This document shows positions 39,414 through 51,580 of a stretch of DNA of 64,000 bases, piece by piece (positions within the stretch are counted from its first letter, which is position 1; each line of letters begins with the position of its first letter). The notes under the pieces are model-generated. The model was not told the origin of the DNA. It was given only the letters and a program-made list of their open reading frames with translations, and did no database searches. The stretch comes from Chrysomallon squamiferum (taxonomy: Eukaryota > Animalia > Mollusca), in NCBI GenBank assembly GCA_012295275.1, contig CM022671.1, forward strand, positions 29,636,001 to 29,700,000. Reading direction: 5' to 3'. Position numbers and translations under genes: made by a program.

Positions 39414-42400
39414 ATGGAATATAATGGTGCAGTTGATAAAAAATGGAAAAAAAAATTGTATTTAAGATCTATGAAAGGATTTAGCATATTTTTTGTTATG
39501 TTTCTTTTATCTTGTGATTATGTCGGAACCTTTTCATTTGTCGATGGCGTTGAATCTGCAAATGATTTCAGTGCCGATAGTGAACGTTTGAAAAACAATC
39601 GAGATGCGCATATCTTACAAACTACTTGGGTGATAAATTATAGTGGCGTGAGATATGCTGAATTTAATGATAGTTACAAAGGAGACAGTTCGACTAAGGT
39701 AAGTACTGCATGCAATAGCGGTTTTGGTCTTGTTGGAAGGGAGAGAAGAATCAAAGAAACCAATTCTTAGAGAAATCTTTAGGACAGACGTGATTTTAGA
39801 GTAGTTTCCCCTGGACCACATTTCGCACAGACTTGCATACCATACACAGTATTAAAAAAAACCTACATACACAGTAGATGCATACTGTTATATATACATT
39901 TATAATATACATACCAACTTTAAAAAAAAAAAAACCTAGGAAAAACGACCACACACACTCATGTATATGTATATCTATATGTATGTATGTATATGTATGT
40001 GCATACACACACACACACACACACAGACACACATGCACACAAATGTGCACACACATATACACATACACACATCTATGTGACATACACTTCTCAAATTAAT
40101 CCTGTTTTTTTTCTCTTTTTTTTATTAGTGCAGTGATTTCCACAAACTTTCTAATAAGTCTGAGATCTGCCATTTTGTGAAAACAACTGATGACTGTAAG
40201 ATTGACGAAGGTTTTATCAACTATACATTATTTGTCTTCTGCACTCTACAGGTAGTACCACTGGCACTGATAATCGTGGTAAGTGTTTGTGTGTGCATGT
40301 ACCTTTATCAGAGTGTCTTACGTGTGTTTGTGAGTACGTGGGTATTATTAGGTGCATATATATGTGTGTATAATGTGTTTGTGTGCGTGTATGTATTTGT
40401 GAGTATGTGTATGTGTGTATAGGTATGATTAGGTGTGTGTGTGTATGTGTGTATCTGTGTATATGTATGTGTGTATATGTTTGTGAGTTTGTTTATGGGG
40501 ATGATTAGATGTGTGTATATGTTTATATCTGTATGTGTATGTATGTACATGTTTGTGCGTGTATATGTGTATGTGTGTGAACATATTTATCTATATATAT
40601 ATGTTAACTTGTCTATGTATGTATGTATGTCTATGTGTACATATTTGTACATACACACACACATAAACACATACATACATACATACATGTATGTGTTTGT
40701 GTGTGTGGATATGTTTTTGTGCATTCATGTCTGTGACATTTATATATATGTATAAAATGTCTGCACATATATAGAGATACATTACGAAAAATATATTTAT
40801 ATTGATGCATTTTGAAGTTTCATGTTATGATGTAAACATATGTTTTTATTATGTATTTAATTTGAAAATGTATCATAGTATTCTGTTTTTTTAACGCATG
40901 AAATAAAAGTACACATGAAATCAGAAATCACTACCTTTAATAAACTAATTTATCTTCTGCATTATTTATCAAAACACTTCATCTTTATTCATAATTATGT
41001 GCATGACACAGATATATGAAAACTGCATACTTTTCAGTAGAAGAATATGTTGCTAAACTATTGCATTAAACACAGCTTGAAGAGAAGAAAGACTATATTA
41101 CCATAATGTTGGCTTCCTGATTATATGAATAAATAAAACATCTAGTGAAGCTTATGAAATGAACAATTCGGCCTGATTTATCTTTTGTATTTGTATGTCA
41201 CAATTAAAGGGTGGGAAAAAAGTATTTTTGCATATATTGTCATGGGTTTGTTTTTATTTTATAAATACGTACATACATACATATATATATGTAAATTATT
41301 CATTACATACATACAAATATAAATACATACAAACATGTACATAGAACCATACATACATGCAGGTTAAAACTATACAGTATTCCCTCGCTATTCGCGGGGG
41401 TTACGTTCTTTACCTCCCCGCGAATAGCGAAAAACCGCGAATATTGGATGCAGTTTTAAAACGTCTATTATGAGATTATATACGGTACTAAATGCTTCCC
41501 AAACACTTTCTAAAGATACTCTTACTCATTAATACAGTAATAATGTAGTAATATTGCATGCAGTTATGTATTTCACTAATGTAGTAATGATAATGTAAAC
41601 ACATTTTAATTTTGTACTGAAACAATATTTTAATCAGAAAGAAACGTAAGTACAGGAGGACAGTAACACCGCATAGCATAGTTACCCATACTGTACCGTA
41701 AAGTCATTTTCTGTGCGTACAACATTTGTATTAGAATTGACAGAAAGTGGAACAAATTTAAAGGCAAACAGACAGATAAATACAGTACGCACAGTTCAGA
41801 TAATAATAATACAATTCAGTAATAATATGCAATTAAAAACATTATTAATACACGGTCACAAAAAATATGCACTGTACATACAGTGTATGCATTTATAAAA
41901 AAATACGTACTGTATTGCAATAATAATTGAAAAAATTTGATATTGTTTGTGCGGTTTACCGAGCATTTCTTTTTATGACGTTATGACGCTAGCCTGGTAT
42001 ACCAGCATACGATGCGATAGGGTTAAGAGCCTAACCCGCGAATATGCGGGGCCGCGAATGGGGAACCGCGAACAGGTGAGGGTATACTGTATTTGTGAGT
42101 GTGTATGTGTATAATAAAAATATTATATATTTGGTGTGTATATCTAGCCATTAAGTTTTATTTTTTAATTTAATTTTCTTTTTTTTTCTCTGCTTTTATT
42201 TCAGTTTTTGTGGTGGTTGTTTCTCTTTGTGGGATTAGCAGTCACAGCAGAAGATTTGTGAGTATTGCATGAGTTTTATTTCTAAATCCAGAAATGCTGT
42301 CAAAACATGGCCAGAGACTTTGTTCCAGTGAATCCTTGAATATTTGTTGGCAGTTATTAGGTACCAGTTATGTTGTTCTGTAACAAATGAATAAATGAAT

Positions 42401-45400
42401 TTCTTTTTTCACTGACATCTCAAATTATTAAAATTATGTTTATATTAACAATTATCAGATAGCAAAGATGATTAATGATGATCAGAGAGAAAAACTGCTG
42501 CTTCTGCCTACACTTTTCACCATAGCGATTACCAGCATGTTTTCTTTGGTAAAAAAAACTCCTTGCCACAGTCTTTCATAAACTCTACCATTATTGAACA
42601 CAGGTTGGAACAGGATTTTGCTTAATGGGTATACTGATTCAACTTGGGATTTTTGTTGTTGTACATCTTTGTATTGTTAGTTATAACTACATACTTTCAA
42701 TACACAATTATATAACAGAATAGTTACCCTGGAGCAATTAATTTAAGAAACAAAAAGACAAAAAAAAAAAAAAAGAGAGACATGGATTATCTTCCTTACA
42801 TATCTTATGCATGTAGGTGTCTCTTCTTTCTCTTTTTCTGTATATGTGTCTAAACATTTTTATTTTTTATATTTTTTTATAGCTTCTGCCCTTCCTTGGA
42901 AGTGATCTCAAAGACTCTGCACCTCAGTCACAATGTTGCTGTATCCTTTGTCTCCACTTACATGTCTGTAATATCTGTCTCAGAGTTTAAATGCATACAG
43001 TACATAATGATTTGTTATTTTGTTACTTATTTAACATACAACAGCATTTGTTACAGAGTTTTAATTTAATATGCATAGGTCAGCAAATAAAACTTGTAGA
43101 ACATTTTCTTAACTTTTGCCCAGGGTGTTACTTTCCTTGCCTTTGGAAATGGGGCTGGAGATATTTTTTCAGCCATTGCTGCTGTTGGAAGTGCCAAGAA
43201 TGGAGATGCAAGTTTAGCAATTGGGGCACTGTTAGGTATCATTATTACTGTTGTTGTTGTTGTTGCTTCTGCTGTTGTTGTTGGTGTTAAAATACTTGTT
43301 GATAAATTATCTGTTAGAGTTTTTATATTTTTTATTTCTTTTCTTTTCTTTTGAAAATGAAAACTATTTTGAGGGCTGTATATAAATAAAACACATCTTC
43401 CTTCTTCCTCTACAAATTTAGATTTTTCTCATTATCCAATCCACTGAAAGTTTTATTAACATAAGCTGAAATGTCTCATATATCACCAAATTAGACACAC
43501 GTCTTCTCATCACAAAATGAATTTTGATATTATAAGAATTTCCACAGCTAAATTTGAAATTATTTGCTGATAATTAAATGTATAGAGCTATCAGCATGTT
43601 CATATATTTTTCAGAATATGTTATAAGGAAATACATTTGCATTGACAGTCATGTATGTTTATTTGTTTTTATCTCAAGGTGCTGGTGTCTTTATAACAAC
43701 TGTAATTGTGGGCACCATATCTATCACCCACCCATTTGACGCAATGCAGCGGCCATTTTTCAGGGATGTCATATTTTTCCTGGGAGCTGTGTTTTGGTTG
43801 TTCTATATTCTCTGGGATAAGGAAATCACGAAGTTTGAATCAATGGGTAAAGCTAGGTTTCATGAACACACACAACACACACACACACACATATGTACAA
43901 ACACACTCTCACCCACTGCACTAATATCCACTTAATATATTAGTTATACTTCTAAATATGCATGTGTGAGTGTATCATTGATTAGATATAAAAATCAATA
44001 ACAAAATTCCATATTTTATTTTATTTATTTAATAACAGATCATATTTTTAATTTTATTTTATTAGAGCACCAACGGGTAAAACGATCTGTCCTTCACAGT
44101 TGCATTTTGGGCTATTTCCCATTCCAGCCAGTGCCTAGTGCTGTTTTATCAAAGACTGTTGTAGGCATTTTACTGTCTGTGAGGGGGTAGATATAAAACA
44201 ACTGTTCCTGCTAACTGTTAAGAGTAACACATTAAATTATAGGTAAGCTCTCTCAAGACAAATCTATGCAAATACAATGTCTCATACATAATAACTATTA
44301 ATAATAAAATATACAGAGTTGACATTAAAGAAATATTTTGTTTCTTCCTTTATTGCAGGTTTTATCCTGCTCTATGTCTTTTATGTAATTGTTGTTGTGA
44401 TTGGTCGATATATTTACCAGCGAACTCGTGACCGAAGCATCCAGGAATCAAATACTCCAGAACTTAACGAGCAATGTAAGTAAAACAAAACTTTATTTTT
44501 TTATATAGAATTCTCAATCAAAGTAAATAAATACTACTATTATATCATACTATTAACAATAAAAAAAAGGCAAAGTAGATCAAGCAGATGAAACTGATTA
44601 AACTGTGGCAAAGAAGCCATATTTATCATCAATAAATATTGTTGTTGATTTTTTTTTTTTTTTTTCTCCTTTCAAAGATTACAATTTAGTTACAACAAAA
44701 TATGAAAAATATATTAAATTTATTTCATTGTATTATGAAAGAAGCACTTTATAATTTAAAAAATGTATTTTAAAGACTGAAAATGTTTGCAACTGCAGCA
44801 ATACAAAACGGAGATGATGATCTATTTAATTCTGGATATGCTGGCAGTCAAAAGTATAATGTGATACCTTCAAGCAGAGTACCAGGTGATTTAAATTTAA
44901 AATTTTAAAATATGTATTATTATTATTATTATTATTAATTTTGTTTTAAATTATTATTTTTTAAAATTATTTCAAGTAGTTTATTTTGAAAGAGTTTATC
45001 AAATATTTGTTTTACATTTTTCTTTTATGAATATGAAAGTATTTTTAGATTTTTAGATTTGTATTTTAAGGTCACAAAGGTTAAAAGATGAATAATATGA
45101 TACTGTAATAGGTAGGCAAATTACTACAAGTGTCAAAGTGTTAAAGAATGTCAGGCAGTGTCAGGAAATTTGGAATGTCTGACACACATATTAATAATGT
45201 CGAAACATTTTGTTGTCTGCTATGCTTTTTAGATGAACGGTCACCATTGTTAGAAAATGCTGTGGTGGAAAATTACAGCTTCAGACAGACAACAGAAGAC
45301 ATGACAGTTTTTAAACAGTTCATGTTAGCTGTTAATCCTATAGACACTGACCGATGGCCAGCTATGAGAATACACAGCAAAATATTTGAAATTTTTAAGG

Positions 45401-46918
45401 TATGAAAAACATTAACAGTCAATGTTAAGTTTAATACAAAGTAAAATGTGTGATAATTTTATTATATATTTTTTTATATGAGTATGTATATTTATTTATT
45501 TATTTTATTTTATTTTATTTTATTTTATTTTTTTGTGAATCTGTGTGTGTGGATGTCAGCTTGAAATTGCATATATTTTTATGAAGTTATAAACTTATAA
45601 AGCTTAAATTGGATAAAAATAAATAATTTTAATTTATGGTTATTATTATTCTTATTTGTTTATTATTATTTTGTTATTAGTAATTGAGTAGTATAATTTT
45701 TTTTAATATATAAATTTATTGTAATATTATTTATTTATTTATTTATTTATTTACTTACTATTAATTGTGGTAGTAGAAATATATATATATATGAATGAAT
45801 GAATTTATTTATTTATTTATTTAATAGTACTGGTAGTATATTTTTGAAAGTTTATTTCAGAGTCCAATTCTGATTATACTAAAATTAACAGTTCCTGTTG
45901 TGGATTATAAGAATGAGGACAAACATAACTGGAATCGAATACTCAACAGTCTGCATTGTCTGACTGGGCCCCTGGTGGTTAGCATGGCAACCAAGAGTAT
46001 GTATCTGTCATTTCTTATACAATATACTATAAATAAAAATAAAAGATTTATCATTATCTTTTTTAATTTTTTATTATTACTATTACTTTTTTTTTTTTTT
46101 TTTTTTTTTTGTTAGTAAGATATTAACTAAACAGCATTTAATTGTAAATATCTTTATTTTGTTTAGATAGGTATTACTGTGAGGTATTTATAACCAATTT
46201 TAATTTTATGTATTTTATTTTATTTATCGATTTATTGAAATTAATAAAATTATTATTTAAATTAATTTGATTTGATTTGTTTTACATCTTATGTAATATT
46301 ATTTTATGTTGTACTATGATATGCTTTGATATTATATTGTGTTGTGCAATATTGTGTTTTGTTATGTCACTTATGTTTCAGTTACATTATGTTATGATAT
46401 GTTGTCTTATGTTATGTTATGTTATGTTATGTTATGTTTTTATCATAATTTATGTTTTTCAGTTGGTTTTCAAACCGTAGGTTCAGGATTTCCTGTTTTG
46501 GGGTTGGTGGTGATTTTGGGGTCTGTTGTTGGTGTTCTTGTTTTTTATTTGACCAAGCAAGATGAGAAACCTGTCTTCCATGCTGTATGCTTTTATCACT
46601 TTGTCTTTGTGCAAGTTCTAAAAATATACAAAACAAACTATATTAGAGATCATCAAACATTCATGTGAAATCATAAAGATATGTAACTAATAATCAGTAG
46701 TTTTTTCCTTGGTATTTCACAATGAAAATGTTTCATGATCTCTAATACTGATGGTTTAATATATATTAGAAAGATTTAGTATATATTAGATTTAATTATT
46801 AATGCCAGTGGTTTTAGCAAAATTAAACTGTTATTTATTTTTGTTTTGTTGTCTTTCTGAGTGGTGGTGGTTGATGTATGTGTGTTCTTTGTGTATGTTT
46901 TTATGTATATGTGTATCT

Positions 46919-46996
<78 letters not shown>

Positions 46997-47037
46997 CTTG
47001 TCTTCACTTATTTGGTTTGTTGGAGTTGTTTGGCTTA

Positions 47038-47068
<31 letters not shown>

Positions 47069-50000
47069 TTTTTATTTAGTTATTTTATTTATTTAATTCA
47101 TTTTGATTTATTTTGATTGTATTTTTCGTTTGTTCTCCTTTTTTATAGGCTTTTGGTTATCTTGGATTTTTTGTAGCTTTTATATGGATTTACTCTATAG
47201 CTAATGAAATTGTAAATATTCTTCAGGTAAATGTTTTGTTTTTCCTTTGGCTATTATTCCTATTCCAGCTCATGCTCCAGATATAAAGCTTCAGATTCAT
47301 GATATGTGATTTCCTTTCTCTGACTAACTGCTTATAAAAATTCTTTGTTTTTAATCATAATATGGGTTCACTCTTTATCATCTGAAATTATCATTACATT
47401 GTCATGTTTTACATCCAAGACACACATGCCAATTTTCCAGCATTTTATTTATTTATTTATTTATTTATTTGTTTATTTATTTATTTACCATTGTTACTAC
47501 TACTACTAACACTACTTCTTTTATTATTATTATTATTACTACTACTGCTACTTTTTTTTGTACAAAGTAATCTACACATACTGAAAATAGGATATTTGAC
47601 AGTATGGATGTTATAAATTATAAATAAGCAATTTCAAATATTCTTATTCAAATGTTAATTATTAAAAATCTTGACAAAATTAAGATTAAATTAGAATCCA
47701 ATATTCTTTTTTTCTTTTTTTTAAATTGAAGAAATAAAAATAAAAACAAAACAAAATTAACACAGAACAATGTTATCATACTCCTAAGAGTTACTTCCCC
47801 TTTGCTACCTAAATAAATTGGAATTAAACATTTTCTTTTGTGAATGGTTTAAATTGGGGAAAAAAAAAAAATAATAATTAATGAATTACACTCATTAAAA
47901 AAATAATCCCAAAAAAAGATTATAAGATTTTTAGTCTTTTTTTCATTTCTTTTCTTTTTTATTTCTTATTCTCCTTTTATTAATTTCAGACTTTTGGTGC
48001 AGTTTTTAATATTAGTGGTGCTATTCTTGGTCTGACACTGCTTGCATGGGGAAACAGTTTAGGAGGTACAAAGCAATCATAAAAGTGCAAAATAGCAGAT
48101 TCAAAACAGAGAAGAACATTTCATTATTGAAATATAGTTCATTATTATGAAAAAGTAAAGAATCTAAATCGTTCTATTATTATTACGTTTGTCTTTATTT
48201 TTCTAAATATTTTTTCTTGTTTAATATGTTAACAAACATTTATTTTATTTAAAATTTGATTAGTACAAATGAAACATTTAATATATTTTCAAATTCTTTA
48301 AATGCTTTAATAAATTAAAAATAAAACTATAATCCATTGTTAATGATTGTTTTATTGGTTCTGTTTTGGGGTTATTTCATATTTTTTTATTATTATTTTT
48401 TTTTTGTTTTTTGTTTTTGAGTAGCAGTTTTTAAAAAAAACCACAATAGTAATTGCCTCAATAAAATTTGAAAATAAGAAATAAATTATATATGCAGACA
48501 AACTGTAAAATTTTACACGATCTGTTTTATACATATATATATATTTATTTTATTTCATTTCAATTTATTTATTTATTTATTTATTGCATTCCTACTCAAT
48601 AATATTTCCTATTTCAACTTTTAGAGTGTGTATTTGTTTGGCAGTTTTAAACCATAAAAACGGTGTATTTATTTGTTGTGATTTTTTGTATTTTTTTAGA
48701 TTTTATATCTGATTTCACAGTGGCAAGACAAGGTTACCCAAGAATGGGTATTTCAGCTTGCTATGGAGGACCTCTGTTCAGTATCTTTTAATTAAAAAGA
48801 AAAACATAAAAAACATATGAAAAGAAAATCACTAATAACATCTGATAAAGAAAATTATTGAACTGATCTTCATATATGTATCTATGAAGAAAAAAAATGT
48901 CCTCTAAAACAATTTGTGTCAGTCAGTGGTTTTATGTTTGATATATTTCATACATCAGCTTTTTCAATATTAAATTTTAAAATTATTTTATATTCTTAAA
49001 TATTTTAACAATAGTTGTAAAATAAATTTTTGCAAAATCTGTTATTGGATGTAAAATTTCAAACGAATAGTGTACAGAGAAATAACTTTAAAATTATTTT
49101 AGTTGTAATTTATTAATTTATTTTATTATTATTATTATTGTTATTATTAATATTATTATTTTTTTTTTTCTCCTTTTTAATAGTAACCAGTTTTATAAAT
49201 CTTTTTTGTAGATAAATCATGAAACAAATTTATGATTCCAAAATTTGTTTACAATGTTTGCCTTAATCTGAATCAGATATTTTGTTGGGCATAGGAATAC
49301 CATTTACTATCAAATGTATCAAGCATGGAGGAAGCTACAAGGTATGTTCAGCTACTAATAACATACCTGACATCTCTGATTTATTTACATTGGTGAAATG
49401 GTAGATGATCTAGTCGCAGCAGTAGTGTAATAGTCCTAGTTCTGATAGTAGACGTAGTGAGGATAATAGTTATGTTAGTTATAGTAAGTAAAAGTACTAG
49501 AAAAACTGGTAGTAGTAGTAGTAGTAGTAGTAATAACTAGTAATAATCATAAAAGCCTTAGCTGTAATAGTAGTGGTAACAAAATATGTAATAGTAGTTG
49601 TACTAATAGAAGTTGTAGAGATTGTAGTGATTAATAGAAATAATAGTGTTAGTAATTACAAAAAAAAAAAAAAATAATAATAAATAAATTTACATACGGT
49701 GATGGTAGAAACAGTAAAAGGAATTATAATGGTGATGATAGTAAAGACAGTAGTAGTAGTAGTAGTAGCAATATTATTAATGGAGGCAGAATCAGCAAGT
49801 TAAAATAATAGTCATAGCAATAATAGAAGCTATTAATGTGACAGTAATAGTAGTAGTAATTAGTGGTAGTAGTAGTAGTAATAGTAGCAGTGTCATATCA
49901 GTAGTAGAGTTGCAGTTGTGATAGTACAAATAATGGTAGCATCTGTTAGAGTTGTTGCAGCAGTAGCAAATCATAGCAGTAGTCGTTGTTGTTGCAGTAA

Positions 50001-50216
50001 TGGGTTGTTTGTGCATTTCAGCTCAATATAACTCTAGAGGAGTTTGTCATATTTGTGTTTCTTGTAATCAGTCTTGTGACGTCACTCATTGTTGTTCCTC
50101 TGTCAAAGTTCCACATGTCACGTCCATTCGGCATCTATCTCATGATCTTCTATGTGGTGTTCTTGGTCACCGTCATCCTTACAGAGAGTGGCACGATTCA
50201 TGGAAAAATAGACTGA
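39414..50216 (+). CDS. SLC8B1: NCLX/SLC8B1 (CCX family) cation/Ca2+ exchanger, ~649 aa; exons 39414-39698, 40129-40278, 42205-42257, 42883-42940, 43124-43235, 43679-43846, 44359-44475, 44799-44885, 45233-45399, 45861-45996, 46463-46584, 47149-47226, 47990-48065, 48700-48780, 49277-49341, 50022-50216
   Basis: In-frame join of 1950 nt: AVTAEDFFCPSLEVISKTLHLSHNVAGVTFLAFGNGAGDIFSAI (alpha1), RPFFRDVIFF, WIYSIANEIVNIL, GLTLLAWGNSLGDFISDFTVARQGYPRMGISACYGGPLFNILLGIG (alpha2). The start codon (39414 or 39471) and exon 44799-44885 are less certain. Confidence 0.93.
39950..40790. repeat. (CA/TG/TA)n low-complexity tracts flanking NCLX exon 2
   Basis: Alternating purine-pyrimidine runs at 39950-40090 and 40282-40780. 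Confidence 0.9.
41375..42089. mobile_element. Non-autonomous Tc1/mariner (Tigger/pogo-type) MITE, 715 bp, TA target-site duplication, in NCLX intron 2
   Basis: TA|CAGTATTCCCTCGCTATTCGCGG ... CCGCGAACAGGTGAGGGTATACTG|TA imperfect TIRs; subterminal CCGCGAA(T) repeats at both ends; no transposase ORF. Confidence 0.9.
42385..42650 (+). mobile_element. Decayed copy of the same dispersed repeat
   Basis: gagagaaaaactgctgc...ccacagtctttcataaac...gaacacaggttggaacagga...aatggg. Confidence 0.45.
42941..43123 (+). other. U12-type (minor spliceosome) GT-AG intron
   Basis: 5' splice site GTATCCTTT; branch site TTTTCTTAAC (43104-43113) ending 10 nt before the intron end; no long pyrimidine tract. Confidence 0.9.
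44065..44350 (-). mobile_element. Decayed copy of the same dispersed repeat (reverse orientation)
   Basis: Reverse complement reads cagtctttgataaaacagcactaggcactggctggaatgggaaatagcccaa. Confidence 0.55.
46925..46995. repeat. (GT)n microsatellite
   Basis: Perfect GT run. Confidence 0.97.
48781..49276 (+). other. Second U12-type GT-AG intron
   Basis: 5' splice site GTATCTTTT; branch-like TTTGCCTTAAT (49257-49267) ending 9 nt before the intron end; no pyrimidine tract. Confidence 0.78.
49410..50000. repeat. Decayed (AGT)n low-complexity tract in the last NCLX intron
   Basis: agtagt/agcagt/aatagt triplet periodicity over ~600 bp. Confidence 0.85.
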
Positions 50217-50291
50217 CCAGTGGAACAACCGGAATGTACTTCTTTTATGTGTGATGTCACCGTTTTTTAAACTGTTTAATTACAAGGTATT

Positions 50292-50625
50292 GAAATGTCT
50301 ACATTTGGTATGGTCTTGAGGCATTTTAATGTCCACATTTTGTGTTATTTAAATGTCTTTATTTTTATATAGTTTTGAGACATTTAAATGTCCACATTTT
50401 GTTATTTTTAGTTATTTAAATGTCTACATTTTGTACATTTATGAGACATTTTGATGTCCACATTTTGTGTTATTTAAATGTCTACATTTAATATAGTTAT
50501 GAGGCATTTAAATGCCCACATTTTGTGTTATTTTCTGTTACTTAAATGTCTACATTTTCTAGTTTTAAAACATTTTAATGTCTACATTTTGTGTTACTTT
50601 GTTTTATTTAAAAGTCTACATATAA
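50292..50625 (+). repeat. Minisatellite in the NCLX 3' UTR region (alternating aatgtc[ct]acatttt...gttattt / gag[ag]catttt units)
   Basis: About 11 copies of the (a/t)aatgtc(c/t)acattt core within ~330 bp. Confidence 0.85.
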
Positions 50626-51394
50626 TTATGAAATATTTAATTGATATTTTTTTAAAAATATGTTAAAATAATTCAGATTAAACATCTTGTAATAACAAGG
50701 ACCATTACCAAAACTGCAAAAATTGTTGTGAGTGTATAACGGTGAATGGAGGCATAAATATCCAAGGTACAATATGCATGTGCATGTCTGTTTTCATGTA
50801 AAAGCATGTGCATATATGTCTGTGTGCATGTGTGTATGTGTCTTATATTAACAAAGACAATTATTGGTTGTGTTATATTAAAATATAAATGGCTTATTTA
50901 AGACAACTTCTACCTTTATGATTTGATATAACATTAAGTTGTTAATAAATAGTTAATGGAATATATTATTTAATATTAACCAGCTCAGGTTGTTAACTTA
51001 TATTTATAAAATCTATTTTATTTGTACAATAGTTGTTATATTACAAATTAATATTTTATACAGAGCTTTAAAAAAATGTATATTTTTATAGTCAACTAAT
51101 CATTCCATTAATTACTAAAAATAATGGATTATTAAATTTTTATTAGTAATTTCAGTACAGTTATATACAAGTTTATTAAAAAGTACATATATTTACTTAA
51201 CAATTTGTTTTTAAGGAAAAATATATCATGAAATTTCTTTACTCTATTTCTGGTAATAAAATCATTTTAAAACATTTATGATTTTGTTATTTTGTTATTT
51301 TTCAATTATTATTTTATCATTTTTCTTTCTGATCTTTGACTTAAAAGATTTTGTTGTCAAAAGATTTTGGATACAGTTAAATGAATATACATTT

Positions 51395-51580
51395 TGAATG
51401 AATGAATATATGTATATTTATTTAATTAAGGTAATTAATACTGACAGTAGATATGGGTTATTTATTTCAGAAGACAGAACATTTTAGTAGCATAGTCAAG
51501 AAACATCATACCACAGTTTTTGATAAACTAGTCATGGTTCATTTCTGGAACAGGAAATATCCATTAAGTGCTCTGAGCTA
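51395..51580 (+). mobile_element. Decayed copy of the same dispersed repeat
   Basis: cataccacagtttttgataaactagtcatggttcatttctggaacaggaaatatcca. Confidence 0.5.

Noticed and set aside
39796-40782. Cys/Val/His/Thr-rich ORFs
   Set aside because: Dinucleotide repeat translations; only 40129-40278 is exonic.
50292-50625. CRISPR-like repeat-spacer array
   Set aside because: Eukaryotic context, spacers are themselves repetitive, and there are no cas genes; it is a minisatellite.
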